Below, piece by piece: positions 40,411 to 50,242 of a stretch of 64,000 nucleotides of DNA; within the stretch, counting starts at the first letter, position 1, and each line of letters starts with the position of its first letter. The DNA lies in IMG/VR virus record IMGVR_UViG_3300021605_000004, positions 2,689 to 66,688 of that record; one strand, written 5' to 3'. The stretch is from a virus. The position numbers and the translations under genes are program-made. The notes beneath the pieces were generated by a model. It saw only the letters and a list, made by a program, of their open reading frames with translations, had not been told where the DNA came from and did no database searches.

Positions 40411-41669
40411 GTTTTGTTCGGCGTGGTGGAAACTGGTTGCTGTTTAGTTGGCGGTTCTACTGTTGCTCCGAACTCTCCGGACTCAGGAGAATCCCATCCA
40501 TCCAGTCCTGTTTTTCTGCCTTTCAAGTCAGTCATAACGGATCTTGCCACTGTGGGAACCGTAACATTGATAGAAGGACTGCCTGCCGGATCGCCTTTTG
40601 GTTTTCCTTGAACAGTCATCCACGCCTGTCCATTACCGGAATGAATCTGTATAACATCGGCATTTTCTAAGTTTAAGTCAGTATAATTCCCATCAGCACC
40701 CTTAACTTTTAACGTGCCAGTCCATTTCGGCTTGCGTGACAATCCGGAAAGATCCCAAACGTACCCATCGGCATCAGCATCCCTTGGTATTAATTTTATT
40801 CCCTTGAAATTACCACCTTGTCCACCTCCGTTATTTATTGTTGTATGTGGTTGTGCTACATTTCCACCCCACGTCTTGTCGTCCTTTCTGAACTTTTCAG
40901 CATAGTCCAGTGCTGCTTTACGTGCCAACGTTTCACCACCTCCGGTTTGTGACATCCAGAAGTTGCGCCATTTTTGGTTGTAATCAAATAAACTTGTAGC
41001 CGTTGGGATAGGATTAAGTTTTTCAGTATTGTACCGTTCCATTCCTTCCTTCAGTACACCTCTGTCTGTTTTGGCTCCTTTAAGCGCCGCATCAAGGTCT
41101 CCACTCATGGATTTCCAGTCGTAAGGTTTGGAACCGACGTAATTATTATACACTGACCGGGCAATAGGAATATCATTGATGCTTTGTGCGCCTTTTGTTT
41201 TTGTGTCAAGGTCTTTTACGAACTGCTTGTATTCTTCCTCAGTAATCGTTCCGGCACGTAAGTCCTGTGTCGCCGCCTGCAACGTCTCATTATAATCCTT
41301 CGAAAGTCCTTTGAGCGCCGTTACCTGGCCGATAAGTTTCTTGTATGCCTGATTCTGCTGTAATGTCTGATCGGCGTTAAGGTTCAGGCGGTTTAGTCCA
41401 GTTTGATTCTTGTAAAGTCCTTTTGCGTACTGGATATAATCGTTAATGGCTTTGTTGGCAAGGTTCTGGTGAGTGGCGTCAATATCATCCGTTTTCAGGT
41501 CGGCCATAGTCTTGGCCACCTGTTCGGCCTGTAACCGCTGAAGGGTTCCTTTTGGATCTTGGAACGCGGCAATGGTATTGATAAAATTCTCAGTACCCTG
41601 TGGATCGGATACCGGCTCCGGTGCTGTGAACGGATCGTACTGCCGTTGGAAGGTTATGTTTCGGTTCAT
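40395..41669 (-). CDS. Internal virion/ejection protein (putative)
   Basis: Helical Gln/Asn-rich; position in the cargo cluster. Confidence 0.5.
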   Translation of the reverse strand: MNRNITFQRQYDPFTAPEPVSDPQGTENFINTIAAFQDPKGTLQRLQAEQVAKTMADLKTDDIDATHQNLANKAINDYIQYAKGLYKNQTGLNRLNLNADQTLQQNQAYKKLIGQVTALKGLSKDYNETLQAATQDLRAGTITEEEYKQFVKDLDTKTKGAQSINDIPIARSVYNNYVGSKPYDWKSMSGDLDAALKGAKTDRGVLKEGMERYNTEKLNPIPTATSLFDYNQKWRNFWMSQTGGGETLARKAALDYAEKFRKDDKTWGGNVAQPHTTINNGGGQGGNFKGIKLIPRDADADGYVWDLSGLSRKPKWTGTLKVKGADGNYTDLNLENADVIQIHSGNGQAWMTVQGKPKGDPAGSPSINVTVPTVARSVMTDLKGRKTGLDGWDSPESGEFGATVEPPTKQQPVSTTPNKTWRPK

Positions 41670-41672
41670 GTG

Positions 41673-42332
41673 TTATTCATCAACATTATAATGCCGGTTG
41701 TCCGGTGTACTGAAATTAGAGCTACCCATCCCGTAATCTTGTCGTTGTGAATTAAAGTCGATTGGTGCTTGTCCCTTCCCACTCAGCAGCGCGATGATCT
41801 TCGCCCAATTCCCATCCAGGAATTTCCCGGCCGTACCGGTGAGTGAGGTCATAAAGTCGTTCTGTAATGAGTTTTTATTCATCTCATTCTGTCCTTGCAG
41901 TAGTCCAATGTCCGTTTTATTCCCAAGGACATTCGCCTCCATTGCCGCCATCGGCCCACCCAGATACCTTGCATACGCGTCCATGTTGGCATTTCTGGCC
42001 TGTTCGTTTGCCATGTCAAGGTTGCGAAGTTGGCTGTTCTGTGCGGCACTCTGTTTGGTAAGGAAGTCAACTACGCCGCCACCGCTTAACCAGTCCTGTG
42101 CCTCACCTAATGTCGTTGGAAGTTGATTGTTTATGTCGGCCTTCATCGTCTCGTAACCAGCAAGTCCGCGGGAGGCTTGTTCGGCATATATGTTTTTGGC
42201 CTGTTGTGCCGCTGCACTTACTTTCTGCTGCTGCTTGATTGCCTCAAGGTTGGCATTGTTCTCGTCGTGGGACTTGTTGGAATTTAACAACCCCAGAACC
42301 GTGTTCGCTATGCCTAAAATTTCGCCTACCAT
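41673..42332 (-). CDS. Pilot/ejection protein (putative)
   Basis: Gly-rich hydrophobic N-terminus then Gln/Ala/Asn-rich helix. Confidence 0.55.
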   Translation of the reverse strand: MVGEILGIANTVLGLLNSNKSHDENNANLEAIKQQQKVSAAAQQAKNIYAEQASRGLAGYETMKADINNQLPTTLGEAQDWLSGGGVVDFLTKQSAAQNSQLRNLDMANEQARNANMDAYARYLGGPMAAMEANVLGNKTDIGLLQGQNEMNKNSLQNDFMTSLTGTAGKFLDGNWAKIIALLSGKGQAPIDFNSQRQDYGMGSSNFSTPDNRHYNVDE

Positions 42333-42334
42333 GA

Positions 42335-43015
42335 TTAATATTGTTTGCCCGTTAAAATATGTGTGTAGTACTCCTGGAATATCTCGTCAGCATCGAACTG
42401 ATACCCGTGAAATACGTTCAAAGCCTTGATGTAGTCCCGGTCGAAAATGGCCTTATCGGTAACCGTGAATGCCTTGTCGCGCTTTACCCACTCATTCTCA
42501 GCATAGGCTTGCACGACGGCCCTTGCCATTCTCGGAATATAGGTAACACCGTCCATGCTGACTCCGGTAGGAGTGTAGTTCAGTGTCACTTCGGCGACAC
42601 TTATCGGAGCGTCGATGATCACGCGCCTGTTCTCGGTATCCAGTGAGTAATATGCTTTGAACGTGGACTGCGTTACCGGATACACCACCGTATCGCGGGT
42701 TGATACACCGCAGTCGTCCGTGGACAATACCGGCATATCTGACCTTGGAGTGAACGCAAAGAACCGGCCATCGTGAACGATACCGATACTGACGAACTTT
42801 AAGAAATCGTTGGGCAGTACAACCACGCGCATCTCAGTCTGAATAGGCAATATAACCGGTTTAGTCGCCGGTAGGCTTTGCAGCCTGAGTCCTTCGTAGC
42901 CTTTAATGGCGAAATTGAGCAGTCGCATGAATTGGCCAGGGTCAGATGAATCTCCCCAAGCCAACATTATGTCGTCAACAATTTGTTTGAATGAAACCCA
43001 TCCCGATACGTTCAT
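42335..43015 (-). CDS. Tail ring/adaptor protein
   Basis: VVLPNDFLKFVSIG motif typical of tail tubular/ring proteins. Confidence 0.6.
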   Translation of the reverse strand: MNVSGWVSFKQIVDDIMLAWGDSSDPGQFMRLLNFAIKGYEGLRLQSLPATKPVILPIQTEMRVVVLPNDFLKFVSIGIVHDGRFFAFTPRSDMPVLSTDDCGVSTRDTVVYPVTQSTFKAYYSLDTENRRVIIDAPISVAEVTLNYTPTGVSMDGVTYIPRMARAVVQAYAENEWVKRDKAFTVTDKAIFDRDYIKALNVFHGYQFDADEIFQEYYTHILTGKQY

Positions 43016-46000
43016 AATGCCACTCCCGTTACTTCAACACTTAATAATTTATGCTCCGTCGTTTCTTCACCTTGCAGCTTCACTGAAAGACTCTGGCCTT
43101 GCAGGTCGTCACCGTCAACCAGGTCACTGATCGCCGGAGTGAGGCTTCTCGTAGTCATGTTCTTTCCGAACTCGGCCACGAACTTCCCGTTTACTGAGGT
43201 AAATGCACCGGCTTTCAGAAGCGACATCATCCCGATAGGGTTGTTGTCTGTTGCAGGTATCGAAATATCCCCGGCCACCGGTGCGGAGAACTTTTTACTG
43301 CTACCAACAAATATAGTCAACCACCGTTTGAATATCAACAGGAGCTTATTCAGCACAACGGTCACCCAGTAAGGGTATTGTACGCCGTAGAAATTAGACC
43401 TTGGCGCGGTATTTGAGTTGTGAACCCAAAGCTCATTACCACTGAAGGACGTAATGACTTTCTTGCTGAAACCGTATTCGTCCGGCATGAAGTCAAAAAA
43501 TGCCACGAACCCGTCCTGTTTACTGCCACCGGTATCACGGAAGGCCAGTGTAAAGGAGTTGGATGCCGTTGTCTTATCGGTGAATGTCCAGATCACTAAA
43601 CTGTTCTCCTGATCAAAGGATGCGATCACGTCCACGTTGTCCGCACTGCCAAAGGCTGTACATGCTTCGTGCATGAACGAGTTGATGTTATAATCCACGC
43701 ACAAGTTCTGGATACCGTTACCATCATCCCGGCAGATAGCGTGAGAATTAAAGTCGAAGAAATATGCCCGTGTCTCGTTCTTAACCACCGATCCCGGATG
43801 AACCGTACCAAAGTCTGAGTCGTGGACAATAAGCGTTCCAAGGACGTCCTTCGTTGAGGACAGTATCTCTTTGGACTCCGAACTGGGCTGTGTCACACCG
43901 GCCCTGCCGATATATAACGACGACTGTTTTGAGGTTTGTAAAATCTTTAACGTGAACCCAACCTCCTCGATATGGTTGATCGGGCCGTACTTCTCGGCTA
44001 ACGTAACGGAGTCAGAGCTGTCAACGTGAGAGAGGTTGTTAATTCTGGTGTCCTGTATGAACAGGCCGGAGTAAAGGAGTTTGGATACATATTTCGTTCT
44101 GCGAGCATCCCGAAACTCAATATTGTATAAGCCAATATTAATGGCGTCACTATTATAAAAATCAGAATACGAGTTTCTTTCTACCGGGAAACAGTTGTGC
44201 ATCTGACGATACCCAACATAAGCATCCCCGTATGTAAATGTGCCTCTTGCTGAAACTTGTTGCGTTTGATCTCTGTTCCATGAGTTTGTTACGGGTGCAT
44301 TTGTTTCACTTGTAGCAGGGGTGCATTGAAAAGAATGGAACCTGTTATCCGTATGAGGATTGAGTATGGGTAGTGGGGGGCCAAAATCATAGTACACTAA
44401 CCGTTCTGTGTTGTTATTAGGGCGGTAAATCTCTACAATAGTATTGTCTTTTGATATCCCCAGTCCTGAAAAATTGATCTTGCCTATAATAAATGTGGCT
44501 GTGTTAATGGATCGAATTTTGTTTCCGTTTCCATCTCTTATAAAATTATCGGTTTCCAAACTCGTGTCTTGTTGGTATCCAGTAGCTCCGTCTGGCCAAA
44601 AAACTCCAAGAATTTCAGTGTCTATTGAAAATGGGAACGTTTTATAGTCGCTCCCGTCACGATTAAGAATAAAACGTATCCTGTCACCTGGAACAAAATC
44701 ATAAGGTGATAGGTTAAATTTTGTCAACTCGTGTTTAGTCTGGACAATATATTCATTTATGTTTATGCTTGTATAGTGTAATGCAGAAACATTTGGAGTA
44801 TATGCTGTATTGCTTATATTAACAATGGACGCGTATATATAATAACTTATAGATGAATTTCTTGCATACACCCACTGATAATGGGTAGCCCAAATTGGAG
44901 GTAAGTGGTTAATCTCCCACTTGATTGTATTCTGTAATATTCGGTGTTCTGTCTGTGATTCAACCTGTGATGGGACATATGCTATTGATTCTGTTGATGT
45001 GTTTACCGTGGACTTTCGGTTAGCCCTGTCCTTATATACGATACCAAATGGATGGTGCGATCCAGACTTGAATGTATGCAGTACACTGTTGTTTGATAGT
45101 TTTAGAATCTCCACGTCTACCTTGGAACAATTAACACATGTTCCCCATGGATTCCCATTAGAATTTGTGACTTCAATTATAAAACCAATAGAATTTACGT
45201 CTACCGGCGGAGTACCAGGACTCCCATGTACAGCGTCATACAATCCACTCACTCCGCCAAATCCTTTAAACGTCCACGCATCAAGTGTAATTAATCTTCC
45301 ATATGTTGTACGAACTCGAAGTTGCGCGCAGGCTTCTTCAATAAAATCTTTTAAGGACATCTGGCTACTTGCTACCACCGTGGCGTATCCATGAATCGGC
45401 TCATCCCAAAAACTACCAAATACTTGAGCTGCTATTTCGTCAGCAGGAGGGTATGTTATCGGATGCCATGTAGCTGGTTCTGGATTGTTATATCTCCCTG
45501 GCAGACAGGAAATTTGTATTACATAAGTAAAACCTGGCTCCCAAAAGTCAACTCCCGAAGTAGGTGTGAGTAAATTGATAGACCCTCCGTAAAACTGGTC
45601 TCCTTGGCTACATCCAAATTGCTGAGACACTACAGCCGTGTTGTCTATTGATTTTATTATTTTACCTACTGTAACCTGTTGTGACGCAACGGATAATGCA
45701 ACGTCTATATTGGTGTTATCGTACCCCTCAATGTAATTACCGTCCACTATTCTATTCTTCTCAATAATCTCATTATGTGCCGATATCTGCGGAACGGCAT
45801 CATATGGCCGGTTACACTCAGTTTGGGTGAGACCCTCCGCAATATCGTCATCGTAAAACAGGTAAACAACATTGATGTCATCAAGCATACCAGTTTCACG
45901 TTCCCCGGCAGAATCGTACTTGTAAATTCTTTTTATCAACTGCCAGTTGCCCGTATTCAGTACACGTACTGATATTTCTATTGTTTTAACCTCGGAAACT

Positions 46001-46932
46001 CCAGTATTAACCCAAACATTAATCACATTGTCAATTCGAATATCTTCATTGTAAGCGCCATTAAGAAGTTCAGGACGTGATGGTAATGGAACAATACTTG
46101 GGGGACTCCAAACTGATTTCTCGTTGTCATCGTACACATAGCGGTACGAAAACTGAAACAGTTTATTGTGCAATTTGTTCACAACCCTGTTCGCATCATC
46201 ATCATAACTCGGCCCCGGTGCATAGGCCGGTGGCCACTTGATTCGGTCCAGTATATGCCATGTAAGTGCTGAATACACTCCGACGTTGGCAGTCTCCCAA
46301 TGGATATCAACCGTCGTTCCGGTTAATGGATAGGCCGACGTGACACTCAGGCAACGGTAAGACTTGCCTAAATACGAAACCACCATACCGGGTTGATATG
46401 TATTGGAACCATTGAACGGATTTGTCATACCCGCAGCCTTGACCATGTTCACCTTGCGCGGCGGGTTGTAATCCACGAACGGCGTCCCCTCGTATCCATC
46501 AGTGAAGTACAACAGATCGTCGATTGTGGAGGCTGAGACGCGGTAATTATACTGGAAATTGAGGAGGTACTGACTATAAAGGATCCACTCCAGTTTTTTA
46601 TTGGACGTGAACATTCTTAAAATGCAATGTTTCCGGTCGGCTTTGGCACGATCAGTCGTTACGTCCGCCAGGAAATAGATTATCGTCCCGGCATTAATGT
46701 CTTTGGTAGTTCCGACGCATTTAAAATCGCCAACCGGCATTGTAAAGCCGGTATTGATCGTCATGGCCATCACCGAATCAAAGCCACGCATGTTCACAAG
46801 GCGCCCGGATGAGTTCTCCTCGATCATGTTCCGTACCATGCCCACCTCGTTAGGCGCAAGCATTTCAGGTGAACTGTCCAAGTTCATCCTTACATCCTTG
46901 AAACCACGAACGTCAGAAAACTTTTGCATCAA
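43012..46932 (-). CDS. Tail stabilisation/muzzle protein (P22 gp10/crAss-like)
   Basis: MNLDSSP, DDLLYFTDG..NPPRKVN, FQFSYRYVYDDNEKSVWSP, NRIVDGNY, FKSG..HPFGIVYKD. Confidence 0.75.
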   Translation of the reverse strand: MMQKFSDVRGFKDVRMNLDSSPEMLAPNEVGMVRNMIEENSSGRLVNMRGFDSVMAMTINTGFTMPVGDFKCVGTTKDINAGTIIYFLADVTTDRAKADRKHCILRMFTSNKKLEWILYSQYLLNFQYNYRVSASTIDDLLYFTDGYEGTPFVDYNPPRKVNMVKAAGMTNPFNGSNTYQPGMVVSYLGKSYRCLSVTSAYPLTGTTVDIHWETANVGVYSALTWHILDRIKWPPAYAPGPSYDDDANRVVNKLHNKLFQFSYRYVYDDNEKSVWSPPSIVPLPSRPELLNGAYNEDIRIDNVINVWVNTGVSEVKTIEISVRVLNTGNWQLIKRIYKYDSAGERETGMLDDINVVYLFYDDDIAEGLTQTECNRPYDAVPQISAHNEIIEKNRIVDGNYIEGYDNTNIDVALSVASQQVTVGKIIKSIDNTAVVSQQFGCSQGDQFYGGSINLLTPTSGVDFWEPGFTYVIQISCLPGRYNNPEPATWHPITYPPADEIAAQVFGSFWDEPIHGYATVVASSQMSLKDFIEEACAQLRVRTTYGRLITLDAWTFKGFGGVSGLYDAVHGSPGTPPVDVNSIGFIIEVTNSNGNPWGTCVNCSKVDVEILKLSNNSVLHTFKSGSHHPFGIVYKDRANRKSTVNTSTESIAYVPSQVESQTEHRILQNTIKWEINHLPPIWATHYQWVYARNSSISYYIYASIVNISNTAYTPNVSALHYTSININEYIVQTKHELTKFNLSPYDFVPGDRIRFILNRDGSDYKTFPFSIDTEILGVFWPDGATGYQQDTSLETDNFIRDGNGNKIRSINTATFIIGKINFSGLGISKDNTIVEIYRPNNNTERLVYYDFGPPLPILNPHTDNRFHSFQCTPATSETNAPVTNSWNRDQTQQVSARGTFTYGDAYVGYRQMHNCFPVERNSYSDFYNSDAINIGLYNIEFRDARRTKYVSKLLYSGLFIQDTRINNLSHVDSSDSVTLAEKYGPINHIEEVGFTLKILQTSKQSSLYIGRAGVTQPSSESKEILSSTKDVLGTLIVHDSDFGTVHPGSVVKNETRAYFFDFNSHAICRDDGNGIQNLCVDYNINSFMHEACTAFGSADNVDVIASFDQENSLVIWTFTDKTTASNSFTLAFRDTGGSKQDGFVAFFDFMPDEYGFSKKVITSFSGNELWVHNSNTAPRSNFYGVQYPYWVTVVLNKLLLIFKRWLTIFVGSSKKFSAPVAGDISIPATDNNPIGMMSLLKAGAFTSVNGKFVAEFGKNMTTRSLTPAISDLVDGDDLQGQSLSVKLQGEETTEHKLLSVEVTGVAL

Positions 46933-47495
46933 GCCTTTTTGTAAATGTTACTGGAAGAAGGATCTCCTTTTATCGCGGCAACCGCCCCGTCAATGATTGT
47001 CTGAGCGACACCGGCCGGAAGTGATATCTCCTCCTCGTCCTCATACGCGTCGAAACTTACCACCACATCAGCCAGAACCTGAGTCACGTCTTTAGGCAGT
47101 GAACGGTTGAACCGCACTGTCGTTCCGGTGACCACATAGAACACGAACCCGTTGATATGGTTGGCGTCGGATGACGAATTTAGGCTGTAGGATGGCGATG
47201 GGTAAAACTCGGTGTCGTCCGGGTCACAGGCCGCATCAGAACTCACCGGCAGAATACGGACAATGCCTTTGGCGTTAGAACGCGTCTGGATGATCGGAAT
47301 GGTTATCTCTGCGACACGGTTCGTAACCGGCAGAGTCACGCGCTTGGTGTAGTAGTTGTACTGGTTGTTGTCGGCATTAAACAACTGCCCGACCACCTGG
47401 GAAAACACATTGCTCAGATGCAGTGCAACGCTGCGGTCCGAAAACTCCAAACCGCAAATATCTTTAACCTGCTGAACTAATACGTCTTTTTTCAT
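46929..47495 (-). CDS. Tail ring protein (putative)
   Basis: Coupled gene in the tail module. Confidence 0.5.
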   Translation of the reverse strand: MKKDVLVQQVKDICGLEFSDRSVALHLSNVFSQVVGQLFNADNNQYNYYTKRVTLPVTNRVAEITIPIIQTRSNAKGIVRILPVSSDAACDPDDTEFYPSPSYSLNSSSDANHINGFVFYVVTGTTVRFNRSLPKDVTQVLADVVVSFDAYEDEEEISLPAGVAQTIIDGAVAAIKGDPSSSNIYKKA

Positions 47496-48364
47496 TTCGA
47501 CATCTCCATTGCGTACTGGGCGATTTCTTTTTCTGAGAGATTTATTCCAATCTTACTCAGGATAAAATACACAAACCGATATAAGTATTGAGACTCCCAC
47601 TCAAGTTCGACGGTTAACGACCAATATAAAGTACCTGTCATCTCCGGCTTTATCACATTTTCCTTTAATAGTAGACTACCAAATGCACCAACTCTTTGAT
47701 ATAGATTGTACACTACTGTTGTGGCGGAATCTATGGAAGGTGGATCGGTAGGGTCTGGACCCGGAGTGATCTTAGGATATGGTTTGTCGCTAACATATGT
47801 TCCCGTTGGCATGTAAATGATAATGCTTGGACTGAGTGCATCCTGGCAGTAATCATAATATGGCGTAGTCGGATTGCTGAAATAGTCCAGTCTTACAGTA
47901 AGGACATCGTATGGTACGACGTGCAGGCCGTCAGAACTTACTCTCCCGAATGGAGTCACCTTGGGCCGGGTAAACACATCGCGCTGCTTCTTGACGAACA
48001 GTTCATCACTGACGATATCCACCTTGCGGATGGCCGGAACCTGAGACAGCGGATCGGAAATATTGTCCGATGTGGTAAAGGCAACGATGTAACGGCGATA
48101 GTCCGACGGCACCACGCCAAGTCCGTCCGCATCTATGTCGATATCCTCCGTTTTCTTGAATGGGATCAGTGGCGTGGTGGACAGAACCTTATTTAACAAG
48201 GCCGGGTCCGCCGAAGCCGCAATGATCTCGTTCATAAGCGCCTGATACCACTCATCCTGAACCATCGGAAGCAGTAAATTAAGACGAGAGGGCGGTATCG
48301 CTCCGCCACTCTCGTATCGTCCTGCGATGTAACTCGCCAGGTTATATATCTGGAATAGTGTCAC
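47492..48364 (-). CDS. Tail ring protein (putative)
   Basis: LIPFKK, VPSDY, LDYFSNP; resembles 49259-49861. Confidence 0.55.
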   Translation of the reverse strand: MTLFQIYNLASYIAGRYESGGAIPPSRLNLLLPMVQDEWYQALMNEIIAASADPALLNKVLSTTPLIPFKKTEDIDIDADGLGVVPSDYRRYIVAFTTSDNISDPLSQVPAIRKVDIVSDELFVKKQRDVFTRPKVTPFGRVSSDGLHVVPYDVLTVRLDYFSNPTTPYYDYCQDALSPSIIIYMPTGTYVSDKPYPKITPGPDPTDPPSIDSATTVVYNLYQRVGAFGSLLLKENVIKPEMTGTLYWSLTVELEWESQYLYRFVYFILSKIGINLSEKEIAQYAMEMSK

Positions 48365-48368
48365 CTGA

Positions 48369-49262
48369 CTACGGTACTACAACTAACGTTAAATTGCCTG
48401 ATGCGGTAACACGAAGCCTGTATTTGGTTCCGGCAGCACTGTAAAGAACAAGCCCCTGCAATGTATCGCTGATAACTACACGCTTTGCGCTGAGACTGTC
48501 TGCTGCAACCTTTCCGGTAGATGCGGTAAGTGGTATAGTCCCGACGAGAACCCTTGTAGTACCTGCGACGGTAGCCGATGCGATGGTGTCAGTGGCCCTC
48601 ACGCTATGCGCGAAGGATACGCTGTTTGCATTGCCGGTAGTCTTGGTAACGGTATTTGTGGTTCCAGGGAGAGTCAAAGTGGTTGCTACTGATGCGGCCG
48701 TACCGTAAAATTTTGGTGCGGTAAGCGAGTCAGTGACCACCAGTGAATGATTAATTGTGGTACTGTTGGCATTGGTAGCTGTCTTGGCCAGAGTGTTGCC
48801 GCCCGGTAGTGTAATGGTAGCACCGCTTACTGCCAGTGTTCCGGCAATAGCCGTGTTCCCTGTAGCTGCGGCGACGGTAAACTTGTTGTAAGATGTACCG
48901 AGTCCCACTGCCCCCGCGGCTCGTAACGCCCCAAGGAATGTTCCGGTACCGGTAACGTCGAGTGTTGTGCTGAATGTTCCGGACGAAGCGGTAACCACAC
49001 CGGCAACAACCGCCATATTAGCGACGTTGTAGCGGGTTGTAGAGGCTAAAAGGTACGTGCCATTGGCATTAGGCCCAACAGCAACCTTTGAACAATATAA
49101 AGTGCTGTCAGCTATAACGTAAAAAAAGTCATTGATCTTGACGAACTCGCCGAACGTAGTTGCCCTTGTCGGCAGGACGAATATCTGATGCTTTTTCGTC
49201 TGCTGTGCAAAAGCAGAGCAGGTAAGTAAAATGGCAATAGCCATCAAGATGATTTTTTTCAT
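48369..49262 (-). CDS. Thr/Ala-rich fibre-like protein with signal peptide; start revised to MKKIILM
   Basis: ATGA overlap with upstream stop; MKKIILMAIAILLTCSAFA|QQ; FTVAAATGNTAIAGTL and C-terminal GTKYRLRVTASGNL fibre motifs. Confidence 0.7.
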   Translation of the reverse strand: MKKIILMAIAILLTCSAFAQQTKKHQIFVLPTRATTFGEFVKINDFFYVIADSTLYCSKVAVGPNANGTYLLASTTRYNVANMAVVAGVVTASSGTFSTTLDVTGTGTFLGALRAAGAVGLGTSYNKFTVAAATGNTAIAGTLAVSGATITLPGGNTLAKTATNANSTTINHSLVVTDSLTAPKFYGTAASVATTLTLPGTTNTVTKTTGNANSVSFAHSVRATDTIASATVAGTTRVLVGTIPLTASTGKVAADSLSAKRVVISDTLQGLVLYSAAGTKYRLRVTASGNLTLVVVP

Positions 49263-49861
49263 TTTTGGTTTTGTTTTTGGATTAAGTCTGTTTGATTTAC
49301 GGAAATTCCTAAAGATTGAAGTATGAACTGTTCGATAAACACCACGTCCGATTCGTTCCATAGAACTGGTGACGATACATCGGCGTTGAACTCGGCATAA
49401 CCGTTGGTGCTGATCACGGCATATGTTACCGGCTCCGGCTTGGCGAAATAACTCAGTGTGACGTACTTGACATCAAGCGGCCTGAACCGGATATAATTCG
49501 CCTGCATGTTACCGACTGGAAACAGCTTTGACGGGAACTCAATCTTATGCGCACACATCACGTCAAATGCTTTATCGTCCAGCATGTTGATGCGGACGGT
49601 TATCGAACCGTTCTTATAGTACGCGTCTTCTATCGCGTATAAGTCGGATGGTATTATTGCCACTCCATCAGTCACGATAAGCGGCTGAGTCGTATCGCCT
49701 TTGACTTTCTTGAACTTTCTCAGCGCAAAATAGTCCTTCTCCGCGTACCTCTGCAAGAACAGCTTTAACGTCGCACCGTCGTATAACGTGGCGAACAGTT
49801 CAGGTTGCAACGGTTCAGAGGTGAACTGCGAAATATGCTGGGCTATGGTTTCAAGTGTCAT
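49259..49861 (-). CDS. Tail ring protein (putative)
   Basis: LRKFKK, IPSDL, LSYFAKP; TAAATTTG promoter at 49867-49874. Confidence 0.55.
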   Translation of the reverse strand: MTLETIAQHISQFTSEPLQPELFATLYDGATLKLFLQRYAEKDYFALRKFKKVKGDTTQPLIVTDGVAIIPSDLYAIEDAYYKNGSITVRINMLDDKAFDVMCAHKIEFPSKLFPVGNMQANYIRFRPLDVKYVTLSYFAKPEPVTYAVISTNGYAEFNADVSSPVLWNESDVVFIEQFILQSLGISVNQTDLIQKQNQK

Positions 49862-49957
49862 GCGGCCAAATTTAAGATACCGCTATCGTTTAGTCAAGGT
49901 GTAGGCCGGAGCTTGACTTTCGCTGCATCGGTGGTAGCAAGTAGCGTCCTTCGCTTT

Positions 49958-50242
49958 TTAATCCTCGGCCTTTTTTTCTTCTCCTTCATATAAAAATAAT
50001 GTCTTGTAACCAGTTATCTTCTCGATTTCACTTGCGCGGTACTCCTGGAGTTTTGATACACGTCCTTTTTCTGCCTTAACCTCAATAAAGAACGGCTCAT
50101 GTCCCATGCAGCGTAATGGCAAGCTGGGCAGTAGCAGTAGGTCTGAGATGCCGTTTCGATTCGTCTGTATGAGCTTCACCACGTACCACCCTTGATTTGT
50201 GTACTGCTTGATTAGCCTGCTTTGGAACTTTGACTCCGACAT
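49958..50242 (-). CDS. VRR-NUC nuclease
   Basis: SESKFQ, GISDLL, FIEVK, GRVSKLQ. Confidence 0.85.
   Translation of the reverse strand: MSESKFQSRLIKQYTNQGWYVVKLIQTNRNGISDLLLLPSLPLRCMGHEPFFIEVKAEKGRVSKLQEYRASEIEKITGYKTLFLYEGEEKKAED

Noticed and set aside
50097-50242. 146-nt overlap of the helicase tail with VRR-NUC as deliberate double coding
   Set aside because: The extension after YKKDF has no motifs; most likely read-through from a lost stop
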